Positions 1 to 9,843 of a DNA stretch of 64,000 nucleotides are shown piece by piece. The DNA comes from Candidatus Fermentibacteraceae bacterium (GTDB lineage: Bacteria > Fermentibacterota > Fermentibacteria > Fermentibacterales > JCC-6). The stretch is taken from positions 1-64,000 of the forward strand of contig JBGSZS010000009.1 in NCBI GenBank assembly GCA_041750285.1, in the 5' to 3' direction. Every line of letters begins with the position of its first letter. Position 1 is the first letter of the stretch. The notes beneath the pieces are model-generated. The model worked only from the letters and a program-made list of their open reading frames with translations. It made no database searches and was not told where the DNA came from. The position numbers and the translations under genes are program-made.

Positions 1-338
1 TGGTACTGCGCCTGGGCGCCACCGATCGGCAGATAGCTGAACGCCACGGCGATCAGCAACCCGAGGAACACGGCCACCCCGCCCAGGTACGCCACGGGGT
101 AGGGGTGCTGCTTGCGCCCCGCATCGGGGTGATCGACGATGTCCGCGGCGATGGCCGCTCGGCGCACCACGGGCGTCACGAGAAGCGTCACCACAAACGC
201 CACGATGAAAAGCACGGAGTAGGTGTTGAGGAACCCCATCACTGACACGGCGAAAGGCGCGAGGGGCGCCTCTGCCCCGGGCGTCGAGATCGGCGCCAGG
301 GCCTCATCTGGCGAAATCTGAGCCAGCAACGCCGTCAC
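1..338 (-). CDS. MraY/WecA-family polyprenyl-phosphate sugar-1-phosphate transferase, 5' part only (runs off window)
   Basis: Manual translation from GTG at 338, which overlaps the upstream TGA: ...FIVAFVVTLLVTPVVRRAAIAADIVDHPDAGRKQHPYPVAYLGGVAVFLGLL. This has the D-x-P..RKxH..P..LGG motif and TM segments. Not in the ORF track. Confidence 0.8.
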   Translation of the reverse strand, partial: MTALLAQISPDEALAPISTPGAEAPLAPFAVSVMGFLNTYSVLFIVAFVVTLLVTPVVRRAAIAADIVDHPDAGRKQHPYPVAYLGGVAVFLGLLIAVAFSYLPIGGAQAQY

Positions 339-1318
339 GGCGCCACCGCCTTCCGGGTGGGATCGGGCGCCCTGCCCATCTCCTGAGCCAGATCCCGAAT
401 CGTCTGCTCGAGCGCGATCGTGGGCCGAAACCCGACGGCCTGCCGCAATCTCGTCAAGTCAGGCCTCCGGTGTCGCAGGTCATCAAACCCCTCGCCAAGC
501 GCCTCGGCATACGGCACAAGCCGGATCTCCGAGGCGCTGCCGAGCGTGGATCGGACCAGATGCGCCAGCTCCATGATCTCGATCGGTTCATCATGACCGA
601 CGTTGAACACCCGGCCATGACAGGCGGGATCGCCGAGCAGTTTCGGCAACACCTGCACCACGTCGCGCACGTCGCAGAAGCACCGTGACTGCCGACCGTC
701 GCCGTGGACCTCGATCACGCGACCGGCCAGCGCCGATTCCACGAAGCGCGGAATCACCATGCCGTACCGGCCCACCTGTCTCGGGCCCACGGTGTTGAAG
801 AACCGTGCAACCACCACGGACAGACCGCGCTGACGCGCATAGGCGAGGCCGAGGTACTCATCGATCGCCTTGGAGCAGGCGTATGACCAGCGACTGTACG
901 TGGTGGGTCCGTAGACGACGTCGTCCTCCTCGGAGAACACCGTCTTGGGCGACTTGCCGTACACCTCGCTGGTGGAGGCCAGCAGTATCCCCGCCCCCTT
1001 CTCCCTGGCCAGCCCCAGGGCCTTGTGGGTTCCCAGGGCGCCGACCTTAAGGGTCTGTATGGGATAGGCCAGGTAGTCAACCGGGCTTGCCGGAGAGGCG
1101 AGGTGGAAGATGAAGTCGACGGTGCCCTGCAGGTAGATGTATTCCGTGACGTCGTGCCTGATGAAACTGAAGTCGCCCCTTCCGGAAAGATGGGCGATGT
1201 TGTCGGTGCTTCCCGTGATGAGGTTGTCAAGGGCCACCACCGTGTGACCCGATTCAAGCAGCCTTTCGCAGAGATGGCTCCCTATGAAGCCGGCCCCGCC
1301 CGTAACAAGGATCCTCAT
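335..1318 (-). CDS. NAD-dependent sugar epimerase/dehydratase (extended SDR); N-half UDP-glucuronate-decarboxylase-like, apparently chimeric
   Basis: Start MRILVTGGAGFIGSHL at 1318 (ATGA overlap with the rfbB stop). Motifs HLASPASP, ASTSEVYG and YACSK (YxxxK). Confidence 0.8.
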   Translation of the reverse strand: MRILVTGGAGFIGSHLCERLLESGHTVVALDNLITGSTDNIAHLSGRGDFSFIRHDVTEYIYLQGTVDFIFHLASPASPVDYLAYPIQTLKVGALGTHKALGLAREKGAGILLASTSEVYGKSPKTVFSEEDDVVYGPTTYSRWSYACSKAIDEYLGLAYARQRGLSVVVARFFNTVGPRQVGRYGMVIPRFVESALAGRVIEVHGDGRQSRCFCDVRDVVQVLPKLLGDPACHGRVFNVGHDEPIEIMELAHLVRSTLGSASEIRLVPYAEALGEGFDDLRHRRPDLTRLRQAVGFRPTIALEQTIRDLAQEMGRAPDPTRKAVAP

Positions 1319-2346
1319 TCCGGAACCGCCCCCCTGGATTGACCCAGCCTGTCCTGGTACATGCGTCTGTAGTACTCCCCGAATTCGCCCGACTTGATGG
1401 TTTCCCACCATTTGCGGTTGGTGCGGTACCAATCCGCCGTGATTCCGATACCCTCCTCGAAACCAGTCAGGGGGGACCAGCCCGTCTCCGTGAGGATCCG
1501 GCCGATGTCTAGCGCATAGCGGCGGTCGTGGCCGGGCCTGTCCTTTATGTACCTGATTAGTTCGGGGCCGGCGCCCACTGCTTCGAGCACGGCCTGGGTA
1601 ACCTCCATGTTGGTTTTCTCGAATCCACCGCCGATGTTGTACACCGCCCCGGATGGACACTTCTCAAGCACCATCATCAGCGCCCGGCAATGGTCTTCGA
1701 CGTAAAGCCAGTCCCGTCTGTTCAGCCCGTCACCATAAAGGGGCAGCTGCAGACCGTCAAGCGCGTTGGTGATGAAAAGGGGAATGAGCTTCTCGGGATA
1801 CTGGAAGGGGCCGTAATTGTTCGAGGCGCGGGTAACAGCAACGGGCGTGCCGTAGGTATGGTGATAGCTCATTGCGAGAAGCTCGCCACCCGCCTTCGAG
1901 GCGGAGTAGGGACTTCTCGGGCAGAGCTGGTCCGTCTCGAGGGAATACCCCGTTTCGACACTGCCGTACACCTCGTCGGTGGAAACCTGGATGAAAAGCG
2001 CCCTGGCCTCTTTTCGGAACTCCTCAAGCAGCACCCTCACTCCCTCGATGTCGGTGCGCACGAACGACGATGCCTCTTCGATGGATCTGTCGACGTGGGT
2101 TTCCGCCGCGAAGTTCACGACCGCGTCACACCCCTTCATGGCCAAAGACACAACGGCGGGATCGCAGATGTCACCCCTGATGAACTGAAACCCGGGGCTT
2201 CCCGAAACATCATCGAGGTTCTCGGTGCGACCAGCGTAGGTAAGCTTGTCCAGCACCACAACATTCCAGGAGGGCCTTGTCCTGACAAGGAGCCTGGTGA
2301 AGTTGCACCCGATGAAACCGGCTCCCCCCGTTACAAGAACCTTCAT
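1315..2346 (-). CDS. rfbB: dTDP-glucose 4,6-dehydratase
   Basis: GGAGFIG, DKLTYAG, NFAAETHVDRSI, STDEVYG, YSASK, NNYGPFQYPEKLIP, DRPGHDRRY. Confidence 0.95.
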   Translation of the reverse strand: MKVLVTGGAGFIGCNFTRLLVRTRPSWNVVVLDKLTYAGRTENLDDVSGSPGFQFIRGDICDPAVVSLAMKGCDAVVNFAAETHVDRSIEEASSFVRTDIEGVRVLLEEFRKEARALFIQVSTDEVYGSVETGYSLETDQLCPRSPYSASKAGGELLAMSYHHTYGTPVAVTRASNNYGPFQYPEKLIPLFITNALDGLQLPLYGDGLNRRDWLYVEDHCRALMMVLEKCPSGAVYNIGGGFEKTNMEVTQAVLEAVGAGPELIRYIKDRPGHDRRYALDIGRILTETGWSPLTGFEEGIGITADWYRTNRKWWETIKSGEFGEYYRRMYQDRLGQSRGAVPE

Positions 2347-2443
2347 GGCCCTTCCTCCCCCATCATCCCGGAAACGCTCTCACATGCTTCCGGAGGCTTT
2401 TGATGATCTTCTGCAGACATGGACGCGATCCAACCTCCCCTGA

Positions 2444-4588
2444 TCAACGGACCAGGGCAAACTTAAGAAGCCCGGACACGCCCTGTCTCTCCAGGATCAG
2501 AATATAAACGCCGGAGGGCACCGGAGACCCGTCCGTTGACGAACCGTCCCAGGCGAAATCGTTCCTGCCCGTTGTCGAGCAACGGTACAAAAGCTCCCCC
2601 GAAAGATCGAAGATGCTGCATTCCATGGGCTCGTCGGGCACACCGGCGATACCCAGGACCTCCCCCGCCCCGGGACGGAAAGGGTTCGGGTAGAGCACGG
2701 CGGAGGCGGAATCACCGCTCAGGCCCTGTCCGATATCCGCCACCCACACACCGTGGGAGGTGGCGAGCCATAGACGGCCCGACTCCCAGTCGCAGGTGAT
2801 GTCTCTGATGTCGACCTCGGGAAGAGGGGTGTTGTATGTGGTGAAGGCAAGCAGTTCGTCATCGGAGCCGATCCTGTAAAGGGCTCCGGGGACCGCCGCC
2901 CACACCCCTCCCCTGTGATCGGGGCAAAGGCTGCCCACGGAGCCCGCAACCCCGTTAACCATCCGGACGACTCCGTCACGCACCCTTGCGAGACCGGTTG
3001 CGGTTCCCGCGTAGACATCGCCGTTCCTGGTGACGGCAACACTCAGCACATTGTTTGAGGGCAGTCCGTCGGCCGTCGACAAAACCCTCTCCACGCCGGT
3101 TTCCACCGAAACCAGGGCCAGCCCGTCAGTCGTGGCCGCCCATGCGCTGGTGGACGAAACGGCAGCGATGTCCTTGACTTCCTTGCCCAGCAGGCTTCCC
3201 GCGCTGGAGATGACATCTATGACGGCAGTTTCCGGAAAGCCGGGCTGCCAGCTCAGTCTGCTTGCTCCGGACGGCTCGCCCGAAGATTGCCAGTAGGGTT
3301 CGTGTGCGAACCATGCCGTTCCGTCGTCCCACAGGGATATGGCGTTGATCTGATCGTTTGGCAGGCCGTCTTCCGTGGTGAAGGTGACGCCGCCCTGTAC
3401 GGTCTGCCCGTCCCAGTCGAGCCAGGTGACCCCGTAATGCCACGATGCTGCGAACACGGTATTCTCCCGGACTCCGACGGCAAAGATCTGATTGTTGCTG
3501 GGCATGACGCCGGAAACCCTTTGCCACTGCGAACCGGTGTAGTAACCAACACCGGAACGGTGGGAGCCCACCCAGCAGACCCCGTTGGAATTGACGCCAA
3601 TGGACTTGATATCGTTCGAGATGCAGCCCGGTGGAACGTGCTGTGTGACCGCAGCGTCACGGATCAGCGCAAGGCCGGGTCCCTCAAGTCTCTCCTCGGA
3701 GATGGAGTTCATCATGCCGGCAACCGTCCCTCCGCCGTCAACCTCGCCGAGAGCCGTGACCAGGCCTCCCATGAACTCACCCTCCACTACGGTCCATACA
3801 CCTTCCGACCAGGTGCAGACCGCATCCTGACCACCGACGACAATTCCTGAAGAAGCGCTTAGAAGCGATGTCGCCCGGATTCCAGGATAGGAGGACTGCA
3901 GCATCCATTGACCCCCCGGAGGGCAGAGGTAGACCTTGTCGCTGGCAATCACCCAGAGAGTGTCGTTGCGCCTTGCGATACCGTTCACCGTGCTGCCGGA
4001 GAGCAGCGCGATCTCCCTCCATGAAGAGGCCTCGGACGGTGGCAGTCCCGGAAGAAGAAGGGCAAGACCGGAATATGTGCCCACCAGCAGTCCGGAATCC
4101 GAGGGGGCCATGCAGTTTACCACGGAGCTTGGAAGCCCTCCGCCCGTTCCGCTCTCGTTGTACGTTATGAAGTAACCTCCGCTGTTAATGGAGAGCCCCT
4201 GTGTCGTCGCAGCGTAGAGGACCGTATCCGGTTGGACCTGGTTGATCATGAGATTCAGGGGAAGCCCCTCCAGCTGGCCGTACGAAGTCACTGTCCCGTC
4301 GGGGTGGAACACTTCGATGCCGGCTCCGAGGTAGGTCACCCACAGGCTTCCGTCCTCATGACGGTAAAGGCTCGAAACCCTGTCCCAGTTCAACTGGTTC
4401 ATGTAGGTCCAGGTGGAGTCGAACGTGAGATCTCCCCCCGACGCAGTGCAGAAGAGGATACCTCCCGCCGTCGCAGCGATGACCCGCTCCCCGTCGGTTA
4501 TAATGTGGTTGACAGCGCCGAAATGCGGATGGTGGGTCCACTGGGTCACCTCGACGGAGAGTGCCAGCATCAAGGGAACAATGTTCAT
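2444..4588 (-). CDS. PorZ-like beta-propeller (two-component-regulator propeller repeats) with T9SS/FlgD-type C-terminal domain
   Basis: Signal-like N-terminus from ATG 4588 (ATGA overlap). Repeated GLP(S/N)NxI/V...W.AT..GL units. C-terminal YPNPF...IFDLSGELL...WDG......SGVY. Confidence 0.75.
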   Translation of the reverse strand: MNIVPLMLALSVEVTQWTHHPHFGAVNHIITDGERVIAATAGGILFCTASGGDLTFDSTWTYMNQLNWDRVSSLYRHEDGSLWVTYLGAGIEVFHPDGTVTSYGQLEGLPLNLMINQVQPDTVLYAATTQGLSINSGGYFITYNESGTGGGLPSSVVNCMAPSDSGLLVGTYSGLALLLPGLPPSEASSWREIALLSGSTVNGIARRNDTLWVIASDKVYLCPPGGQWMLQSSYPGIRATSLLSASSGIVVGGQDAVCTWSEGVWTVVEGEFMGGLVTALGEVDGGGTVAGMMNSISEERLEGPGLALIRDAAVTQHVPPGCISNDIKSIGVNSNGVCWVGSHRSGVGYYTGSQWQRVSGVMPSNNQIFAVGVRENTVFAASWHYGVTWLDWDGQTVQGGVTFTTEDGLPNDQINAISLWDDGTAWFAHEPYWQSSGEPSGASRLSWQPGFPETAVIDVISSAGSLLGKEVKDIAAVSSTSAWAATTDGLALVSVETGVERVLSTADGLPSNNVLSVAVTRNGDVYAGTATGLARVRDGVVRMVNGVAGSVGSLCPDHRGGVWAAVPGALYRIGSDDELLAFTTYNTPLPEVDIRDITCDWESGRLWLATSHGVWVADIGQGLSGDSASAVLYPNPFRPGAGEVLGIAGVPDEPMECSIFDLSGELLYRCSTTGRNDFAWDGSSTDGSPVPSGVYILILERQGVSGLLKFALVR

Positions 4589-5532
4589 GTGATCCTCCGG
4601 TTCCACCAGGAATAGAGATCGGCGAGACCTTCCTCGTGCCCGATTGAAGGAGCGAACCCCCCCAGTGCCCGAAGCCTGCCGGGATCGCCCACCTGTCCGA
4701 AATGGTCAACCTCCCTGGCGAGACCGGGGTCGGTGGTGACGGAAAGGCTTGCTCCCGAAACCTTCAGCAGAAGACCCAGCATCTCACCCATGGTAACCCC
4801 CGTTCCGCTGCAGACATTGTAAACTCCTCCCGGTTCACCCAGGGAAAGGAGAAGGGCATAGGCCCTCACCACGTCCTTCACATGAAGGTAGTCCCGCACT
4901 GGGAACAGGTTTCCCGCCCGTATTGCCTTAGCGCCTTCCCTGCGTGCCTCGATGATCCTGCGGCAGAACGAGGGAAGCGCAAAACTGCCGTCCTGGCCCG
5001 GGCCGTAATGGGGAAACGACCTTGCCGTGATGACATCGAGCCCCGCCTCTCTGTGGAAGTGTGCCGCGACCTGCTCGGCCGCGGCCTTGCTTGCAGCGTA
5101 GGGGCTTCTGAACTGCATGGGAGAATTCTCGTCGAGAGGAAGATCAGAGGGTTTGTAAACCTCGGAGGAACTGACAAGGAGAACCCGGGCGCCCGGGCAC
5201 CGTGACCGCACGAACGTGAGCAGCTCGATAACGCCCATGACGTTCACACTGTAGACATCCCGAAGGTTCCTGTGAGAGCCCTGCACGGAAGACAGGGCTG
5301 CCAGATGAACGACGCTGCGGAAGCCGCCCAGGCCTTCCGGAGCCTCTTCGGGAAGCCGCCAGACGACCCTTCTCACCCCCGGGGGGGCTGAAAAGGCGTC
5401 GGTGATATCAGTCGCTGCATCACCCTCCCCAAGCCCCAGGCCAGGCATGAGATGAGCACCCGCAAACCCCGCCGCTCCGGTCAACAGCACAGGGCCGTCG
5501 GGAATGCAGACTCCGCACGGGGTCTCCCTCAT
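4585..5532 (-). CDS. GDP-4-dehydro-6-deoxy-D-mannose reductase (Rmd)-like NAD-dependent epimerase/reductase
   Basis: TGAAGFAG, HLAALSSV, SSSEVY, SPYAASK, GPGQ..FALPSF, GNLFPVRDYLHVKDVV. Confidence 0.75.
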   Translation of the reverse strand: MRETPCGVCIPDGPVLLTGAAGFAGAHLMPGLGLGEGDAATDITDAFSAPPGVRRVVWRLPEEAPEGLGGFRSVVHLAALSSVQGSHRNLRDVYSVNVMGVIELLTFVRSRCPGARVLLVSSSEVYKPSDLPLDENSPMQFRSPYAASKAAAEQVAAHFHREAGLDVITARSFPHYGPGQDGSFALPSFCRRIIEARREGAKAIRAGNLFPVRDYLHVKDVVRAYALLLSLGEPGGVYNVCSGTGVTMGEMLGLLLKVSGASLSVTTDPGLAREVDHFGQVGDPGRLRALGGFAPSIGHEEGLADLYSWWNRRIT

Positions 5533-6428
5533 GTTTCCCCTCCGAGAACGCGTATCTCTTCATGAAGAAGGATTCCGGTCCTTTCCAGAACCCTTTGCTT
5601 CGCGGTACGGACCAGGGTCAATATATCTTCGGAACACGCGTTGCCGGTATTCTCGATAAAATTGGCGTGGACGGGAGAAAACCTGGCACCCCCCGCTGAG
5701 AAACCCTTCAAACCGCACTCTTCCAGCAGCATCCCGGGAGGCGGTCCGTCCTGGGGTCTTCTGAAGACGCTTCCTGCGTTGGGTACGGTGATGGGAAAAC
5801 TCGCCCTTCTCTTCGACAGCGTTTCCCTGGCCATTTCCCTCAATTTCCCCCGGTCGCCGGGCACCAGTTCCAGAACAACGCTGCACACGGCTCCGGGTCT
5901 TGTCTGGAAGATGCTTCTCCTGTAACCGAACCCGCAATCGCCGGCAGAGAGACAACTCGTTCCGCCTCCGGGGTAGACCACCTGAACACCCCTGACGACA
6001 TCCATCATTGACGATCCGTAAGCGCCTGCGTTCATGAAGACGGCTCCCCCGACCGTGCCGGGAATTCCCACGGCAAAGACCATCCCCGAAAGACCCCGGG
6101 AACACGACGCACCGGCAAGGGCTGGAAGAGGCACTCCTCCGCCGGCGGTTACGGTCGTGCCACTGGTCCCGAAGGACCTGAACTCCCCCTGAAGGCTCAC
6201 CACCACACCGTCCCAGCCCCCGGAAGGAGCGAGGAGGTTGGAGCCACGGCCGATCATGGACCACTGAGTGCCGGAATCCCCGATCCACTTCATCATTTCC
6301 GCCAGTTCATCCATGCGGCGGGGTGTGAGGACAGTGCATGGTCCGCCTATCCTCCATGTGGTCAGATCGGAGAGAAGCGCGACCCTGCTGCTGTCAGGAA
6401 AAACGCTCAGTGCCGCCCGGCAGGTCAT
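5529..6428 (-). CDS. murB: UDP-N-acetylenolpyruvoylglucosamine reductase
   Basis: TTWRIGG, GRGSNLL, GIPGTVGGAVFMNAGAYG, FGYRRS, NAGSVF, HANFIEN. Start taken at ATG 6428 (ATGA overlap). Confidence 0.92.
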   Translation of the reverse strand: MTCRAALSVFPDSSRVALLSDLTTWRIGGPCTVLTPRRMDELAEMMKWIGDSGTQWSMIGRGSNLLAPSGGWDGVVVSLQGEFRSFGTSGTTVTAGGGVPLPALAGASCSRGLSGMVFAVGIPGTVGGAVFMNAGAYGSSMMDVVRGVQVVYPGGGTSCLSAGDCGFGYRRSIFQTRPGAVCSVVLELVPGDRGKLREMARETLSKRRASFPITVPNAGSVFRRPQDGPPPGMLLEECGLKGFSAGGARFSPVHANFIENTGNACSEDILTLVRTAKQRVLERTGILLHEEIRVLGGET

Positions 6429-7378
6429 TTTCTGAAGTCCCTTCCCGAAAGGCCAATGAGACATGCACCGACAGAAAGGTAAGTGAAACCCGGCCTGGGA
6501 GCACCCCTTTTCTCCATGAACGAAAGAACTGCCCTGTAGAAAGCCGGACGGAGGGTGAGCAGGCAGACCAGCCTCATCAGAACCAGCCCGGGAGTCAGGG
6601 GAGGCCTGAAGAGGGGCTCGATCCAGCGGCTCCCGAGAAGCCCGGCTGCCTCTGGGTGCTTGGCCAGGGTGTACTTCAAACCGGTCGAGCCGTATTCGAC
6701 CATCTTCCCCGAGTGCTTTCGGGGTGTCACGCAGTCCATGTGGCGGACACTTATGTCCGGGGTCCAGTGAAAGACCGCGCCGGCCTTCCAGAGCCTGAGA
6801 CCAGCCTCCACGTCCTCTCCGCCGTAACGGTCGATGGCAGGGTCAAAACCGCCTGCGTCCAGAAGCATTCCGCTGTCGACGCTGAGGTTCCCCGTGATGA
6901 AGTACTTCCACGGGAAAACCCCTGGGGGGCTGTTCCCCATGGCCCTGGAGTCGAACCATTTCTGCCATGCCGTTGCGTCCGGAGAGTGTGCGTTGATCCT
7001 GGCGCCCATCAGAAAGCTCGCTCCCATGGCCCTTCGGGTGTTCATGTGCTTCCGGAGAAGGTCCGGACTGAACTCGAGGTCGGCATCCATCAAAAGGGCA
7101 ACGGGTGCGGTTCCGGCTTTCAGGGCGGCGTTCCTGGCCGCTGGTCTGTTTCCGGAGCCTTCGAGCCTGAGAACACGAACCCCTGCTTTGCCGGAAATGG
7201 CCGCCAGAACATCCGCGAACTCACGCTCAACCGGAACGTCGCTTCCATCGTCGGCAACCACCAGTTCCCAGGGGACCCCGCGGGTGTCCTGCGCCGCGAG
7301 GCACGCAAGGGTTGCCCCGAACAGGGCGCCACCGTTCCTGACGGGGATCTGAACCGAGATTTCAGGGTTTGTCATCAC
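6425..7378 (-). CDS. Glycosyltransferase family 2
   Basis: ISVQIPVRN, VVADDGS, ARNAAL, DAD motif, GGFD, YGGEDVE. Confidence 0.9.
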   Translation of the reverse strand: MMTNPEISVQIPVRNGGALFGATLACLAAQDTRGVPWELVVADDGSDVPVEREFADVLAAISGKAGVRVLRLEGSGNRPAARNAALKAGTAPVALLMDADLEFSPDLLRKHMNTRRAMGASFLMGARINAHSPDATAWQKWFDSRAMGNSPPGVFPWKYFITGNLSVDSGMLLDAGGFDPAIDRYGGEDVEAGLRLWKAGAVFHWTPDISVRHMDCVTPRKHSGKMVEYGSTGLKYTLAKHPEAAGLLGSRWIEPLFRPPLTPGLVLMRLVCLLTLRPAFYRAVLSFMEKRGAPRPGFTYLSVGACLIGLSGRDFRK

Positions 7379-8774
7379 CGCTCCCGGCCCCCTTCAGTCC
7401 CATGAGAACCAGCAGGGTCACTGCGGTAACGGCCAGCACGATGATGGAGCGGACCCCCGGACCGAGTCCGGACGCTATCCCCGCCGCCACCGGAAGCACC
7501 ATCAGGGTCAGAACGGCCCCGAAACTCACGGGAAACACCTTTCTGCCCAGCCAGAAAAGGCTCATGCCCATGAACATATTGGCCGCCATGGTTGCAAAGG
7601 CCGCACCCACTGCACCGGCAACCGGGATCAGCCTCAGGTTGAAGCCGATGTTCAGTACCGCCCCGAAAAAAGTCATTCCGCCGATGAACCTGGTCTGCCC
7701 CGTGAGAAGCGGGCCGGTCTGGCTGATCGTGAACAGAGCGTAAAGGGCTCCGGAAGCCGCTATCCACGGAAGGACCGCAGCAGCCGGCAGCCAGCCCGCC
7801 CCCCCGAAGACCAGCGTCACCTCGCGCGAAGCCACGGCGAGCACCATTGATGCCCAGACCACGCATGTCATGAAGGTCAGTGCCGTTCTCCCCATCTCGT
7901 TCAGGGAGCCGCCTTCCCTCTTTTTCCTGAAGATGTGGCGCTGCCAGGCCATGCCAAAACCCATTGTCATGGGAGACAGGATCAGGGCCGCCCTGGACGC
8001 CCATTCGTAGTAACCGCTCTGGGAAAGATCGGGGCAGATCGTTCTCAGCATCACTATGTCGGCCCCCGACAGCACGATCATGGCAAGCCCCGCGGGTATC
8101 AGGGGTACCCCGAACGCAAGAAGCCTTCGGGGAAGACCGGGGTCGCGGACAGCCGCCGAATCGGCGGTGCGTCCGTACATGACCAGCACGACCACTCCGA
8201 AAGCTGCGAGCGTGGGCACCCATCTCGCTCCGATGAAGGCGGCCAGGGGGGACATGCCCCTGAACCCGGTCATGAAGAGAAGCAGCAGCCCCAGACTTGC
8301 CAGTCCCCGGCAAAGCTGAAGCATGAAGAAGAACAGGGCCATGCCCCTGGCCCGGGCCGTGGCAGACGCCGCCTGGAAGAGCGCTACGCCTCCCCCGAGT
8401 GCAAGCGCGTGCAGCAGAAGCCCGGGGCTGGTGAGATGGAGCGTTCTCAGAAGCCCGGGAGCCGCAACGACCGCCAGAACTGCGCAGAAAGCCAGGGGGA
8501 TCAGAGGCAGGACGGAAGCCAGAACCAGGATGCTTCTCCTGGCCGCGCTCTCGTGCCATGCCCGGAGCACTGCTGTGGGCAGGCCCAGTATGGCAATTGC
8601 GGCGACGACTTCGCTTACTGTTGAAAGAACCCCGAGTTCACCGACCTGGGGGGCCGTGAGCCAGCGGCTGATGAAGGGAAGGAAGGCCAGCTGGACCATC
8701 CCGCTCACGACCATTGCCAGGGCATAGAGAACGGTTTCCCGTCCCAGTTCCCTGCGTGTCGACTCAGTCCTCAA
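7362..8774 (-). CDS. Wzx-type oligosaccharide flippase
   Basis: Many hydrophobic helices; LNIGFNLRLIPVAGAVGAAFAT motif. Probable TTG start at 8774, overlapping the upstream gene end. Confidence 0.8.
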   Translation of the reverse strand: MRTESTRRELGRETVLYALAMVVSGMVQLAFLPFISRWLTAPQVGELGVLSTVSEVVAAIAILGLPTAVLRAWHESAARRSILVLASVLPLIPLAFCAVLAVVAAPGLLRTLHLTSPGLLLHALALGGGVALFQAASATARARGMALFFFMLQLCRGLASLGLLLLFMTGFRGMSPLAAFIGARWVPTLAAFGVVVLVMYGRTADSAAVRDPGLPRRLLAFGVPLIPAGLAMIVLSGADIVMLRTICPDLSQSGYYEWASRAALILSPMTMGFGMAWQRHIFRKKREGGSLNEMGRTALTFMTCVVWASMVLAVASREVTLVFGGAGWLPAAAVLPWIAASGALYALFTISQTGPLLTGQTRFIGGMTFFGAVLNIGFNLRLIPVAGAVGAAFATMAANMFMGMSLFWLGRKVFPVSFGAVLTLMVLPVAAGIASGLGPGVRSIIVLAVTAVTLLVLMGLKGAGSGDDKP

Positions 8775-9843
8775 CGGACCACCCCAGCTCCCGGTACCTT
8801 TTATGAAGGTGTTCGGCCACAGTTTTCCAGTGATGACGTTTCCGGATCCAGGAAGGGCCGGCCGCGGCATGCCGCAGACGCAGTTCCCTGTCCTCCAGAA
8901 GCTCTTTCAGCCGTCTTTCGAGGTTGTCCGGAGTAACTGTGAAAAAGGGATGGTCGGGAATGAACTCCTCGTAGGCGGCGGACAGGTTTGTCACGGTACA
9001 GATTCCCATGGAAAGGCTCTCCAGAGAGTTGACCCCGTACCCCATGTCGCCGTCGGCGACCTGGTCGATGGATATCTGGCAACCGGCCTTCATCGCCATC
9101 GCGGTGGCATGTGGCATGTTCTCGATCAGCACCAGCTCGACGGGATGCGTTGAGGAAAGCTTCTCCACGGCTCTGATCACCTGTTCGGTTCCCTTCACCG
9201 ACCTTATCCGGGGGGCGTGGCATATCCTGATCCGGTCGGTTCCGGGAAGGGCCGGGGGCACCAGGTCCGGATCGAAGGGAAGGAAGAGGTATTCGATCTC
9301 TGGAAACCGCAGGAACAGGTCGAATTCGCAAGTGGTGTGCAGGTCTGTGGCATCCCATACGGGCCTGATGGCCCCCCGCATCCTCAGGTCGAGACCGTGG
9401 TAGTTGCTGACTATCTTCCTGCCCATGCTCTTCAGCCTTTTCACGTCCCTGCCGTCACGGAAGAAGCTCATTCCACCCTCGAGGTGGTAGATGTCGAAGT
9501 TGTCGAGACCGTGTTTCCGTCTGGCCCGGGCGAGAACGGGTGTCCAGACCAGGTCGCGGAACGCCATCAGAACCCGCTCTATTCGTGATGGAGTCCAGAA
9601 TATTCTCTCGGTGGTGCCGGTGAAGGGAACCCTCATGCTCCCGCTTTTCACAAGTCGCTTCAGTTTCCACAGCCATTCCCGGTGCCCCACGAAGGGGAGG
9701 TTCAGGCAGATATCCTCGTTGTACAGGTTCCTGGACCTGTAGAATGTCACAAGGTTGCTTTGATGGCCCAGGCTTCTGTGTCCCCTGACGAACAGGGTCA
9801 GAACTCCCGTGTAGTTCTGGGGAGAGATGTGGAGTATCCTCAC
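8764..9843 (-). CDS. GT-B fold glycosyltransferase (GT4-like)
   Basis: VRILHISPQN start (GTG 9843, GTGA overlap). Motifs HAP...KGT, DQ..GYGVNSLESLSMG. Confidence 0.8.
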   Translation of the reverse strand: MRILHISPQNYTGVLTLFVRGHRSLGHQSNLVTFYRSRNLYNEDICLNLPFVGHREWLWKLKRLVKSGSMRVPFTGTTERIFWTPSRIERVLMAFRDLVWTPVLARARRKHGLDNFDIYHLEGGMSFFRDGRDVKRLKSMGRKIVSNYHGLDLRMRGAIRPVWDATDLHTTCEFDLFLRFPEIEYLFLPFDPDLVPPALPGTDRIRICHAPRIRSVKGTEQVIRAVEKLSSTHPVELVLIENMPHATAMAMKAGCQISIDQVADGDMGYGVNSLESLSMGICTVTNLSAAYEEFIPDHPFFTVTPDNLERRLKELLEDRELRLRHAAAGPSWIRKRHHWKTVAEHLHKRYRELGWSVED

